Origin: Octopus vulgaris | Taxonomy: Eukaryota | Assembly (NCBI GenBank): GCA_951406725.2 | Contig: OX597819.1 | Span: 115,692,001-115,756,000 of the forward strand | Direction: 5' to 3' | DNA length: 64,000 nt | Shown here: positions 1 through 15,258 of the stretch, piece after piece | Layout of the letters: every line of letters starts with the position of its first letter | Numbering within the stretch: position 1 is the stretch's first letter | Made by a program: the position numbers and the translations under genes | The notes under the pieces: model-generated | Database searches by the model: none | Told to the model about the DNA's origin: nothing | What the model saw: only the letters and a program-made list of their open reading frames with translations

Positions 1-145
1 ACTCATTTGAAAAAAATAATTAGTTTTGATCGGTCAATAATGTGACACACACCTCACCCTAAGTAAACATACATACATACTTACACATATCTACATATGT
101 AAATGTAGCTCTCTTTCTCTAACTATATTTACAATTGTATGAGAG

Positions 146-184
<39 letters not shown>

Positions 185-196
185 GTATATATATAT

Positions 197-288
197 ATTT
201 CGGAATGGTCATATTGCCAGTTTAGCCAATAAAAACACACGCACTATATATTTGGTGTTATTTTGTGATTTTAAGTGATATTTATAAC

Positions 289-289
<1 letters not shown>
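197..289 (-). mobile_element. Terminal fragment of a short (TA)n-embedded element, same family as 19900-19984, 26100-26345 and 63505-63921 (hammerhead-bearing, PLE-like)
   Basis: tttcggaatggtcatattgccagtttagccaataaaaacacacgcact matches 63574-63621 directly and 63845-63915 in reverse complement; flanked on both sides by (TA)n. Confidence 0.75.
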
Positions 290-2460
<2,171 letters not shown>

Positions 2461-2819
2461 AAGAAAGTAAAAAGAAAGCAATAACAGTCACAGCAACAAC
2501 GACAACAATAACAGCATCAGCATCAAGGACATCAGCTGCAATAACAACAACAGCAGCATCATTAACTGTAACGCTATCAATAGCAACCGCATCAACATTA
2601 TAAACGATCAAACGGCTACAACGGTAACGGGAACCGTAGAACCAACGGAAGAATCTGTGCTTCTACGTGGTCGCTCGACTTGCTAGCAACAACACCCAAA
2701 TTACACTCAAACCGCACTCAATTGCCACTGGAGGTCATTCCAAGGAATAAAGAAAGAAAAAAACCAGAAAGAGAGAAAGGCTGGCTCTTTTGGAAACTTT
2801 TTCCTTTTTGGTCTGTCTG

Positions 2820-2918
2820 ATGGGTACTGACATATATAGGCTTGATTGATGAGAACTGGATGACCTATAGGACTGTTTGATGAGAGCAGACGTCTATAGG
2901 CCCTGCTTCATAAGAGCT
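2820..2918. repeat. Degenerate ~31-bp tandem repeat, about 3 copies
   Basis: Recurring gac.tatagg...g.ttgatgaga unit at ~2829, ~2862 and ~2889. Confidence 0.6.
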
Positions 2919-3375
2919 AACAAAGAACAAAGGAAAATATCATCTCTGTGTGTAACACGTTCTGTTGTCAGGGTCATAAGTTCACCCGCAACCCAAGCAC
3001 CACAACCCTTCATTAAAGCTGATTAGAAGGTTAACCACGTTTCATACCCCCAAATGAAACTAGATTTATATTAAGCTTAGATACACACACACACACACAC
3101 ACACACATACACACATACACACACACATGCATATACGCACAAGGATGCACTGGCGCCATCATATGTACATTTGGCCTATTAAACCATCAACATTCGTTTG
3201 AAAAGTCAGTTTTTGTGAAACTTTCAAGTTTCTGTCACGTTTTCATTAAATAAAGTTTAACTCTACTTCTCTCGTATTGAGATCATGTCTGCTGTTATAA
3301 ATAATTAAAATGCTTCAATTCTTCAACTAATACACATACACACGCATGTATATATGCACACACATTTTATGCATG

Positions 3376-3477
<102 letters not shown>

Positions 3478-3663
3478 CTTGGAGATCTTAGGTATAATTA
3501 TAATAACGTGTCCATCTGTTCTAATTTAATTAAATTCTATGTCTTTGTGAGCTGAAGATTGTTCTGCATTTTAAATTGATGCAATGATTGCATTGTTCAA
3601 TTAAATGGAGTTGCATGAAACGATCGTACTGATTTACCTCTGGATATCCTTGTTGCTTATTTT

Positions 3664-3718
<55 letters not shown>

Positions 3719-4419
3719 AGGTAGGTAGGTAGGTAGGTAACTAGATAGATTGATTGCCAATGAAAAGTAGTGATAAAATGGGAGAATAATGGAAACCAAG
3801 ACAGAAAGTGAGGAGAAATAGAAAGATATGAGAAAGAGAGAGATATAGAAGTTGCGAGAGAGAAAGAGAGAGAAGGGAAGGGAGAGAGAAATAGAGAAGG
3901 AAGAAAAAAAAGGGGGCTATGAGAAAGAACGAAAGAAATGTTTTACTGGGATAGCAATAACTACTAACATGAACATCACGCACAAAAAAAAAATAGAAAT
4001 AAAAAAAAAAAATATATAGAATAATAAAATATATAGAATAATAATAAAAAAAAATAACACTGAAAAAGACATGAAAATTTCTACCAAAATTACGAAACTC
4101 AAAAAGAAAGGAATTAAAAATTCCTGCAAGAAAAGGAACACTGAAAAAGACCAAGAAGAAATAAAGTAAAATCTGGGAACGAAGAAAGTAAAAGTTTGAA
4201 AAAGAAAAAAAAATCCCCAAAAGAGAAGTTTCTACAAAAGTCCATTTAATAGAGTCTCTTTCTTTTTTTCTCTCTTCCTTTTTCGCTTTCACTTCCTCTC
4301 TAATAATTTTTAACTATTTTTGCTCTCCATTTGTCTTGCCCCATTTTCTCCCCTCTCTTTCTTCTCCTCATGTATCTTCCTTCTTCTCATCCTTTCTCTC
4401 CTCTTTTCTAGCACATTAA

Positions 4420-4600
4420 TTTTCTCTCTTCCTTCCTTTATTCCTTCCTTCCTTTCTTTCTTTCTGTCTTTTCTCTTTCTTCCTTCCTTTCTTTCTTATC
4501 TCTTTCTTCCATTCTTTCTTTCTTTCTTTTCTCTTTCTTTCTTTCTTTCTTTTCTCTTTCTTTCTTTCTTTCTTTTCCTTTTCTTTCTTTCTTTCTTTTC

Positions 4601-4676
<76 letters not shown>

Positions 4677-4711
4677 ATCCCTTTCTTTCATTCATTCATT
4701 CATTCTTTCTG

Positions 4712-4742
<31 letters not shown>

Positions 4743-4986
4743 TCTTTCTTTTTTCTCTTTCATTTTCTTCCGTCCACTATTCCACTTATCTCTATCTCTG
4801 TTATTATTTTCCTCTTTTCTTCTTCTTCTTCTTCTTCTTCTTCTTCTTCTTCTTCTTCTTCTTCTTCTTCTTCTTCTTCTTCTTCTTCTTCTTCTTCTTC
4901 TTCTTCTTCTTCTTCTTCTTCTTCTCTCTCTCTTCTTCTTCTTCTTCTTCTTCTTCTTCTTCTTCTTCTTCTTCTTCTTCTTCTTC
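4420..4986. repeat. Polypyrimidine tract, (TTTC)n followed by (TTC)n
   Basis: Directly visible. Confidence 0.95.
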
Positions 4987-5311
4987 CGTTTATCTGTTTC
5001 TCTCTGTTTCTTATTCTCTCTTACTCTTGTCCTCTCTTTCTAACCGTGTTATCTTCCTTCTTGGGGTTCACTTTCTTAATGTATTTCTCTCTCTCTCTCT
5101 CTCTCCCTCTCTTTTACGTTCTTCCACCCACATGTCTTCTCCTTTTCTTTCCCTATCTCATATTAACAAATGTAGAGCAGCTTCTTTGTAAAAATGTTTG
5201 TTTCAATGACATTCGTGCCAAAAAGGAATCGGAACATCAGAATATTTCAGTTATACTCTGCCAACACAACACTGTACCCTCCTCAAATTTTATTAAAAAA
5301 TAGATAAATAG

Positions 5312-5360
<49 letters not shown>

Positions 5361-5539
5361 CAAGCAGATAGAGATAGATAGATAGAGAGAGAGAGACAGG
5401 CAGGCAGATAGAGATAGAGAGAGAGGCAAAGAGAGAGAGAGAGAGAGAGGCAGACATATTGAGATAGATAAATAGAGAGAGATAAGCAGACAGAGATAGA
5501 CAATAGTATATGTATGCATGTACCAATCTATCGATCTAT

Positions 5540-5621
<82 letters not shown>

Positions 5622-5750
5622 GTCTGTCTGTCTGTCAGTCTATTTATCTATCTACCTATCTATCTAACTTTAGACACAAGAGTGAAGACAATTTATGCAC
5701 TCACATACGGACATAAGCATATAAGATATACGTACATACATACATACATG

Positions 5751-5821
<71 letters not shown>

Positions 5822-6526
5822 TTATATGTATGTACACACACATACACACACACACACACACACACATATACATGTATTCATACGTACGCAGAACGTTCTA
5901 CGTTTTATATCTTAACTTTCTTCCGTGTGAGAAGAAATAAAATAAAGAAACGAGGTAGTTGGGCAACAACTGTCTTTTATCCAGCTCGCTATTAATCATT
6001 GAAATACCCATAAGACAAATTTCACTGGATTACTAGTGTACATGAATGCATGTGTGTGCCTGTCCATGCCTCTCTATCTCTATGTCTGTGTCTGTGCATG
6101 AGTGTGTAGCTGTGTTGTGTAACCTTTTTTATATTATTTCTCATTGTGTCTCTCCTTTCCATTTTCTATATCTCTTTTTTTTCGCTGTGTTCACTAACTC
6201 TAAATATGTATGCATGCATGTATATATATATATATATATATATATAGGTATATATTTTGATATAAACATAGAGACACATAACACGCATATACGCATATGC
6301 TCATATATATATATGCATAGCTATTTACATTTATATGTATGATTTTGTGTATGTATGTGATATGTGAACATGTGCACACACACACACACACACGCGCACA
6401 CACACATACACACACACATACACACATGCCCATGTTTTTTATGATTACACATGTATACGCAAATGCTTGATTATAGATTGCTCATTCTTTTTGAGTCCTT
6501 CTGCGCCCCTCCCTCCTACTTCTCTT

Positions 6527-6586
<60 letters not shown>

Positions 6587-6649
6587 CATATATATACATA
6601 TATATACATGCATATACATGTATACATATATAGACATATATACATAATA

Positions 6650-6687
<38 letters not shown>

Positions 6688-6901
6688 ATAAAATATACAC
6701 ATATATATATAGTAAATATATATATAAGTATATATAGATATATATATATATGCACAAATGCGTACATAGATACATTTACGGTTGTATATGCATACATAAT
6801 ACACATACACATACAACGTACATACCATAAATACATGTATGCATATATATATATGCATATATATATATGATCGTACACAAATATGTATATATGTATGTGT
6901 T

Positions 6902-6940
<39 letters not shown>

Positions 6941-7336
6941 ACACACATACACAGGTGTATAGACACACTCACATAAATTTATCTACATACATATACGCAC
7001 ACACACACACGCACATATACGTTCGCATATGCAAATGCATGTTTAAAGATAACAAAAGCTAAAATAGAATTCCTTCCATGCAAAATTGAAATGAAAAAAA
7101 GATCGTTGTCAGGCTTGATGAGGGAAAAAGAAGTTGCTATGTGTATTCCCAAAGAAGCAACTATAACAACACCGACTTCTGCTATTATATCAAGTTCTTA
7201 GATCGCTAACATGACAAGAACGTTGTGTAAAGCTCAGTTATACCTCAGTGTTTATGAAACGTGTGTGAATGTGTATTCGTGTGTGTGTGTGTGTGTGTGT
7301 TTGTGTGTGCATATAACTTGCACATGAGCACAGCAC

Positions 7337-7590
7337 AAGCGCGTGGCCCGGTGGTTAGGATGTAGCGTTCACGATCGCTAGATCGTGGGTTCGATTCCTG
7401 TGGTAAGTTGTGCGTTGAGTTTTTTGCTCCAGTCAGCTCAGCTGTAAATGGGTAACCATGCGACAGGCTAACCTTCCAGTCAGGGGGAGTGATGACCCTG
7501 CTTGCCTAGCCAGCGGGCTGGCATTATTCAGAAGCTGAAATGATGCAAAGTACATTGTGACCAGTGATGTGTAACAACATCCGATAGTCT

Positions 7591-7591
<1 letters not shown>
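7337..7591 (+). mobile_element. tRNA-derived SINE, older family C-related copy
   Basis: A-box-like gtggcccggtggttagg and B-box ggttcgattcc; central gctccagtcagctcagctgtaaatgggta is similar to 15576-15912. Confidence 0.7.
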
Positions 7592-7630
<39 letters not shown>

Positions 7631-7881
7631 GTATGTATATATTCATATATACGTACATACATACATATATGTGCACACATATCCATCTATCCATCCATCC
7701 ATCCATCCATCCATCCATACATACATACATACATACATACATACATACATACATACATACATACATACACACACACATGCATACGTAGGAGTATTCCAAC
7801 AGATCATAATGTAATCCTTGTATTGTCCTTTTTCATACCCTGATGGTCTTCCACCCAAGGTATTTTGAAATGCATGTTTAA

Positions 7882-7939
<58 letters not shown>

Positions 7940-8070
7940 TTTGTAGTTTATATTGGATGCGAAATGAAACAATTGTTGGACAAGATGTTAATTAATTAAT
8001 AAATTAATTTGTAACCATTGGATCTCTCCGTTTTCAAACTTAATAATTATATATCTATATATATATGTAT

Positions 8071-8681
8071 GTCATTATTCAGTTTATTTCAAAATTTCTT
8101 GCCAATAGAGAAAGAGCCGGTTTCTAACCTAGATCCAAGGTTCCTTAATTGGAATTTCAACATCACAACAATTTTTGTATGCATGCATATATGAATGTAT
8201 GTATGTATGTATGTATGTATGTATGTATGTATGTATGTATGTATGTATGTATGTATGTATGTATGTATGTATTTATGTATGAGCAGATTTGTATGTTTAA
8301 TATATGTATTCTCGTGCATATAGTAGCATATCTAGACATGCTCATATAAATGTTAATGTTAAACTACTGGAAAGTTTTATAGATTTTTACAGTTCTAGTG
8401 ATGGATTGGATCTGTAGTCTTCGTACTTATTTTCTCCTTTCTGTATTTGAGAAGCCTAATTTCTCAAGATTGGTGTTTACGCAGTGTCTTACATTTCCCA
8501 GGGCCCCAATAATTACAAGTCTAATCCTGAACTTGCAATCTAGTTAGAGTAACTGCAGATTTCTCAATAGTTCAGCATAGGCGTTCTTTTTTTCACTGAT
8601 CTTCACCTTCATGTTAACATCCGCAGGATACCTAACTTCCAGAACTGTGCACAGTTTCTTTTCTCTATCCCAAATCATTAC
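8071..8681 (-). mobile_element. 3' fragment of an R4/Dong-like non-LTR retrotransposon (restriction-like endonuclease C-terminus plus 3' UTR)
   Basis: Minus strand reads VMIWDREKKLCTVLEVRYPADVNMKVKISEKKNAYAELLRNLQLL*...RLVIIGALG, the PD-(D/E)xK REL-domain pattern; bordered and interrupted by (TACA)n. Confidence 0.75.
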
Positions 8682-9229
8682 ATGTATGTATGTATGTATG
8701 TATGTATGTATGTATGTATGTATGTATGTATGTATGTATGTATGTATGTATGTATGTATGCATGTATGTATGTATGTATGTACGTATGTATGGATATGTG
8801 TGCGTTTGTGCATGGCTATTCATATAAGTATTCACATTTGAATCAGTTTGTTCGAGGTTTTTTTCGCATATATAACTGGAGAAATAAAATGATCTTTAAA
8901 ACATATATTTTCACCATTCCTTTTCATTTTCAGGGATTTAGTATATTTTTATGTCTTCATTCGACAAATTTATATAAAGATTTACAATATAAGCACAAGA
9001 TCACATATTTGTCAGAGGGAAACATTTAATTATACCTATTCGACTAGTTGATTGGCAAATACTTTAACGATCCTAGGAACGGTAACGTGAAGTAAAACCT
9101 GACGAGATTTTAATTCAGAACATGAAGTTGAATAAATAAATAGCTAACATTTTCTGGAGTGTCAGTTCTCTTACAACCCTCGGTGACCATCTTAACAAGT
9201 GACATGTATTTGTTATAAAGTTTTCTTGA

Positions 9230-9413
9230 GAAAATTCCTTCTACTATTTAATCAAAATTCCTTTCACCATTTAGTCAAAATTTCTTTTACCATTTAATCA
9301 AAATTCCTTTTAACATTTAATCAAAATTCCTTTTTTCCATTTAATCAAAATTCCTTTTACCATTTACTCAAAATTCCTTTCACTATTTAGTCAAAATTCC
9401 TTTTACCATTTAG
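9230..9413. repeat. ~22-bp minisatellite, about 8 copies
   Basis: Unit aaaattccttttaccatttaatc repeated in tandem with minor variants. Confidence 0.9.
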
Positions 9414-9544
9414 TCCGGGAGACAAGTGCCACGCCTATGACTCCGTGTCCCAGCGGCCACGAGATTGGTGATAGAAAAGTTTTAAAATCATCCTTAAAAA
9501 GTTTGGCCTGAATGCTTTCTACAGGGTTGACATTATTAAACACA

Positions 9545-9727
9545 TCATATATATACGGAGGGCTTCCATACAGTTTTTGTCTACGACATTTTCTCACTAG
9601 GCATTGGTTCAACAGGACCCGATGCTATATCAGAAGACAATTTTCCCGGGTGCCGCGCATTGGGATCGAACACGAAACCATGTGGTCCCAAAGCGAGTTT
9701 CTTAACCACGTAGCTATGCCTGCACCC
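9545..9727 (-). mobile_element. Degenerate 5' half of SINE family B
   Basis: Reverse complement resembles ggcgcaggagtggctgtgtggtaag...cacatggttccgggttc...agacggaaactg of 24968-25130. Confidence 0.6.
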
Positions 9728-9859
9728 AATCTACAAAGTTTACTCGCTCAGGTTGACCCGAAGCAACATGACCTGTCATCGTATTTATGTCAATCATATT
9801 AGTGATTATCGCTCTTGACGAAAACTTCGATTCGTCATCGGATTTGGCTATGCAAATAA

Positions 9860-10650
9860 CTCCATCCACCAACACCACTACTACCACCAGGAGCAGCAAC
9901 AGCACACCCCCACTCCCGCTACCACCACTTCCAACAACAACAACATCACCATAATGAAGATTACGATGATTTCGACCATCACTAAAACCACCATCACCAC
10001 AACCTTCACCACCACCATGATGATGATACAGATCCGCTCTACCGTTGCAGCCACCACCATTACGACCACAACCACCACCACCACTATCATCACCACAACG
10101 ATCATCAGCACCAGCACTATCACTACAACTACCACCACCACCACCACAACCATCACTACCACCACCACCAACACCGCCACCACTACAACCACAACCATCA
10201 ACAGCAGCATCAGCATCACCACGGCAACAACCACCACCATCACTACAACCACAACCATCAACGCCACTGTCATCACCACAACCATCATCAGCAGAAGCAA
10301 GAGCCCCACCACTGCAACTACTAATACCACCACCACCATCACTGCAACCACTAACACCACCACCACCACCACCACCACCACCACTACCACCTCCACCACA
10401 ACCACCACAACCACCACCACCACCATCACCGGCCTTTCTAATAGCGTCTCTGTAGCGACTGGAAATCGAAACCAACGAGATTTACCTTATCAGTGACCAG
10501 AAAATAATTTCTATAACATTCGTCCATTATTATTGACAGAAGAGCAAATCAGCAACAACAACAACAACCACAACTACAAAAACAACGACAACAACAACAA
10601 CAACAATAACAGAACAAGCACAGCGATAACAACAACAACATAAACAACAA
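9860..10650. repeat. Degenerate (CCA/CAC)n then (CAA)n trinucleotide tract
   Basis: Directly visible; gives poly-T/P/G/V ORFs in several frames. Confidence 0.9.
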
Positions 10651-11238
10651 AATGTATTAAAAATGCAGATGAGGTTATGAAACGTTTTAGTTTATAGGAA
10701 TTTGAATAAGATGGATAATATACAAAAAAAAAAAATTAATATGAAAGCAAGATCAAAGGACAAAAAAAAAAAGAAAAAAAACCTCAAAAATATATAAAAA
10801 AACAAACAAACAAACAAACAACAGCAACAATGTAACATTCGAGAACCTCGAGAGAAATACTTTTGGTTCTTTGATTTTTAATTATTTCCTAATTAAAATT
10901 ATTGTTTATTTTCTTTTTGTTTTGTTATTAATGCTAAAATATTAGAACACAAACGCACACGAGTGCATACGCGCGCACACACACAGACACACAGACACAG
11001 ACACAGAGACATACGCACGCACGCACGCACGCACGGACGCACTGTCGCACACATGCGTACACGCACACGCGCGTACGTACGTTTAGAGATAAAACAAAAA
11101 ATATGGGAAGAAAAGACGACATTTGAAATAGAGCGGCAAATGAGGAATGGAGAATTGTTACTGAGATGTGTTTAGCTGTTTCGTATACACAGATCCTCCG
11201 CGCACGCATACACAAACGAACAAACATACTACACGCAT

Positions 11239-11277
<39 letters not shown>

Positions 11278-11400
11278 CACACACACAGACACACGCATAC
11301 AAACACATATAGCACATACATTTACACGAACTCAGCTCACATGTAAGCATACATATTCATACATACATACACACTCACACACATATATATATATACAGGC

Positions 11401-11433
<33 letters not shown>

Positions 11434-11590
11434 CATGTATATAATGCTTTTTATGTTATATTTTATATAAAAGCAATTTAACAATGCACTCAAAGATTCT
11501 CAAATGAGTATAAAAGAGTACGTTCTTATTAAACTTTGCAAGAAAAGGTTGACAGTAACTTTGAAGTCTTGGTGCATTCGGCTCACATCA

Positions 11591-11636
11591 GAGAGTCTGA
11601 CGAAAATGAGGAAGCCGAAACTTCGAAGTCTCTTTC
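11591..11636 (+). ncRNA. Minimal type I hammerhead ribozyme motif (stem II degenerate)
   Basis: gagagt CTGACGA aaatgaggaagcc GAAAC ttcgaa GTC tctttc: intact core, palindromic stem III ACTTCGAAGT, GUC triplet, imperfect stem I. Confidence 0.65.
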
Positions 11637-11648
11637 AACCTTTTTCTT

Positions 11649-11880
11649 ATTTCTTTACTGCCCACAAGGGGCTGCATACAGAGGGGACAGACAAGGACAG
11701 ACAAAGAGATTAAGTTGATTATATCGACCCCAGTGCGTTACTGGTATTTATTTAATCGACCTCGAAAGGATGAAAGGCAAAGTCCACTTCGGTGGAATTT
11801 GAACTCAGAACGTAGCGGCAGACGAAATACCGCTAAGCATTTCGCCCGGCGTGCTACCGTTTCTGCCATCTCGCCGCCTG
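11649..11880 (-). mobile_element. SINE family A (tRNA-like head, Nin/Deu-like central domain) with 21-bp TSD
   Basis: Reverse complement of ggcggcgag.tggcagaaac...gcctttcatcctttcgaggtcga...aaagaaata; TSD gtctctttcaacctttttctt at 11628-11648 and 11884-11904. Confidence 0.9.
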
Positions 11881-11937
11881 AAGGTCTCTTTCAACCTTTT
11901 TCTTGTAATATACATACATACATACATACAAACATAC

Positions 11938-11996
<59 letters not shown>

Positions 11997-12092
11997 TGTG
12001 TGTGTGTGCGTGTGTTCGTGTGTATGTGTTTGTGTGTGTTTGTTTGTGCGTTTATGTGCGCGCGTGTGTGTGTGTGTATACACACACATAAA

Positions 12093-12395
12093 GGACTCTC
12101 CCGTCGTTAGACAGCGTAGGAAGGTTCGACAATTTCTTACCGAACAACCACACAGATGACTTGTTTATAGTGATCAAATGCTTGTGTAGACATCAGCTCA
12201 CTCCCACTATCAGATAGACATTACCTTTACAGGTGTAGCGGGTGCCACCACATGTCAGATGTTGAAATGATCGCAGAGCAACGTGAAATGAAGTGCTGTG
12301 CTCAAGAACACAACGCAACTCCCATTCTCGGAATGGAACGCACGATCTCGTAATCGTGAGGGCAACACAGTGACCACTAAACCATACACCTTCAC
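12093..12395 (-). mobile_element. tRNA-derived SINE, family C-related
   Basis: gagcaacgtgaaatgaagtg...gctcaagaacacaacgca is shared with 42260-42302; tRNA-like head at the right end. Confidence 0.7.
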
Positions 12396-12606
12396 ACACA
12401 CACACACACACACACAGAGGCAGAAGGAATAAAAATAGGTTAAGATTCAATAGAGCTGTTACAAACACGTTTTTTTTCTGATGTATAAACCAGTTACATC
12501 ATGAAAAATCGTTTTCTTCAGGTGAATTAAAATTATAAATCAAATATTTAGCTCGGTAAAGAACCAAGATGTGGAATTTGCGTTGACCATCACATTTTCG
12601 CAACAT

Positions 12607-12702
<96 letters not shown>

Positions 12703-13103
12703 GCATAATTAATAATATCAGGGTAATAAAGATTTTAGAAATTTTTACTATCAGTGGCCTAGCGTGTAGAAAAATTAGTCAATAGACTATATATTATTCA
12801 TATAATTACAGTGTACATTTAAACACGTAAGAGGTATCCGTCATAGGTTTCCTGGCACTACATGCTGGATTGCTTCGTACTTATATGTGTAATCTAGGCG
12901 TACCTGTTGATGAAGATTTCGCCTAGTAAATTATTTTATATGCTAAATGATTCAGAAACCATGGACCAGGGCATAGATGGTAAATGTTTTTTATTTTTCA
13001 TTCCCTTCGAAGTTTTATCCCTAATAGTGGTTTGGACTTTGGCTGTTCCTTGAAGCGTGCCAGGAATCCCATGATAGATACCTCTTATGTGTTTAGTTAT
13101 ACA

Positions 13104-13107
<4 letters not shown>
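12703..13107 (+). mobile_element. Short (TA)n-flanked PLE-like module with internal inverted repeat and degenerate hammerhead
   Basis: ~50-bp inverted repeat 12809-12858 / 13057-13106 encloses cctg TTGATGA...GAAAC catg GAC cagg (12903-12970). Confidence 0.6.
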
Positions 13108-13133
<26 letters not shown>

Positions 13134-13140
<7 letters not shown>

Positions 13141-13451
13141 GAAAAAAAACACCTTTTATCAATTCAAAGTGAACAATTAAATTACACCATCTAGAAAATT
13201 AAATATAATAGAAATACCAAAATTAAAATAACAATAAAACGTCAATGATTAAGTAAATTGCAAAATAATAATAATAATAATAACGTACAAATACAAATCA
13301 TATGTTATTATTATTATTTTTTTGCAATTTACTTAATCATTGACACTTTATTGTTATTTTAATTTTAATCTTTCTATTATATGTAATTTTCTAGATAGTG
13401 TAATTTAATTGTTCACTTTGAATTGATAAAAGGTGTTATTTTTCTAATTTT
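13134..13451. repeat. Foldback with ~150-bp arms next to (TA)n
   Basis: accttttatcaattcaaagtgaacaattaaattacac... pairs with ...gtgtaatttaattgttcactttgaattgataaaaggtg; loop about 13 nt. Confidence 0.9.
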
Positions 13452-13547
13452 TTTTATATGTATATTATATTGTGTGAAATTTGATTTAGTATTTCTAAAT
13501 GGATTTTTTTCCCTTGTAAGTTTGGATTTTATTCCCTCAAATCAAAT

Positions 13548-13591
<44 letters not shown>

Positions 13592-13593
13592 TA

Positions 13594-13775
13594 AAAAATT
13601 CTATTTATAAATCTCTCAACGAGAGACATTCAGTAACAGTACTCTAGAGTAAAGATTATTTGCCAACAGAAGATGGCAGTCAACTGCCACCTTATGGAAA
13701 ATTGGAAAATAATCTTTACTCTAGAGTACTGTTACTGAATGTCTTTCGTTGAGAGATTTACAAATAGAAATTTTC
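13594..13775. repeat. Foldback with ~73-bp arms next to (TA)n; loop holds a half hammerhead
   Basis: gacattcagtaacagtactctagagtaaagattattt / aaataatctttactctagagtactgttactgaatgtc; loop CAGAAGA TGGCAG tcaa CTGCCA. Confidence 0.9.
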
Positions 13776-13942
13776 TATTTTATTAGATCAGTGACTGTGT
13801 CATTTTGTAAACTATATATTTCAAAGAAGAAAATAGCAGCGACACCTCAAGCCGAACAATTTTTTTTGCTTTTTGAAGAATACTAAGCGAAAATTTTTGT
13901 GCGAAACCACCAGCGTTGGGTGGTAGTGAAACAATTGAAAAC

Positions 13943-14623
13943 ATGAATAGTTACGCAGAAGCTACTGGAGGTCGAGATGCCATAGACCCACGTGTGCTGA
14001 AGCCGGGGAGGATGGAATAGAATGAGAAGATATATTTCTTTATTACCCACAAGGGGCTAAACATAGAGGGGACAAACAAAGACAGACAAAGGGATTAAAT
14101 CGATTACATCAACCCCAGTGCGTTACTGGCACTTAATTTATCGACCCCGAAAGGTTGAAAGGCAAAGTCGACCTCGGCAGAATTTGAACTCACAACATAA
14201 CGGCAGACGAAATACCGCTAAGCATTTCGCCCGACGTGCTAACGTTTCTGCCGATAGTCAAATATTATGATATGGTAGAAAAAGGAATGGTCAAATATAA
14301 AGATGATCCTGCCAGAGGAGGAAAAGAGAAAAATGGAAAACAAGACGGTCGTATTCAGAACATTTTCGAATGTAAATAGGAGAATAGAACACGCACCGTA
14401 GGAAGAGATAGAGGAAATATTGAAGGAACAAATGGGTGATGGAATAACTTTCTTTACAGGAGGAAGGAAATACGCGACTATAATAGTCACCTTTGCATCA
14501 GAAGAGGAGGCGAAAATGAATAATAACAGACTGATACTGGGAGAGAAATGGACGTTGGTGCCGAACTGTTTGGGCAAAAGAATCGTAAGGGTCAGGGTGG
14601 GAAGAATCCCACCGTCGAATGGG
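13943..14623 (+). pseudogene. Disrupted ORF1 (gag/RRM-like) of a Tx1/L1-type LINE, split by a SINE
   Basis: MNSYAEATGG... start and ...ATIIVTFASEEEA...LGKRIVRVRVGRIPP resemble Tx1/L1 ORF1 motifs; contains stops and a frameshift. Confidence 0.55.
14033..14252 (-). mobile_element. SINE family A
   Basis: Near-consensus reverse-complement copy lacking the first ~10 nt. Confidence 0.9.
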
Positions 14624-14861
14624 TAATCCCTTTGTCTGTCTTTGTTTGTCCCCTCTATGTTTAGCCCCTTGTGGGTAATAAAGAAATATATCTTCTCATT
14701 CTATTCCATCCTCCCCGGCTTCAGCACACGTGGGTCTATGGCATCTCGACCTCCAGTAGCTTCTGCGTAACTATTCATGTTTTCAATTGTTTCACTACCA
14801 CCCAACGCTGGTGGTTTCGCACAAAAATTTTCGCTTAGTATTCTTCAAAAAGCAAAAAAAA
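14624..14861 (-). repeat. Essentially perfect ~238-bp inverted duplication of 13860-14097
   Basis: No mismatch found by eye; includes the LINE ORF1 start and the SINE tail junction. Confidence 0.92.
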
Positions 14862-15258
14862 CAAACGAAAAGAAAAATTATTGTGAGATAGAGCGCCCCA
14901 ACTTGGAAGGAATGCAAAATTGAAAGACTGCGTGAGAGATAGTAGTGGTAAGTCATTATAATTTTGTAAAGACTGTAACTGAAAGAAGCGATTGTTGAAC
15001 TTTTTAGAGAAAAAAGGGAAAGGGGGAAAACAAGATAAATTTTGAAACTTAAATGAACAGGTTTCCTAAAATTTGTTCTCTTTTTGAACACTTATAAACA
15101 TTTGGTTTTCTTTTAGTTTGAGAAAAAAGGAAAAGAAATAAGTGATGATTGTATGAACATTGGTTTAAAAAGTATATTATGGTAGGGTAAAAGCGAAGAG
15201 GGAAGTCGCGGTTTCACATCGGAGCGAGGTTAAAGGTTGTGTAAAAGTTAATGGTAAA

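Noticed and set aside
9095-9130. CTGACGAG motif
   Set aside because: It is part of a decayed SINE A core (gacctcggcggaatttgaactcagaac), not a ribozyme.
9230-9413. Regular short repeats resembling a CRISPR array
   Set aside because: The units are contiguous with no unique spacers; this is a eukaryotic minisatellite.
9714-10496. Gly-rich, Thr-rich (mucin-like) and Pro-rich ORFs
   Set aside because: Overlapping frames of a degenerate (CCA)n repeat, with no splice or codon evidence favouring any one.
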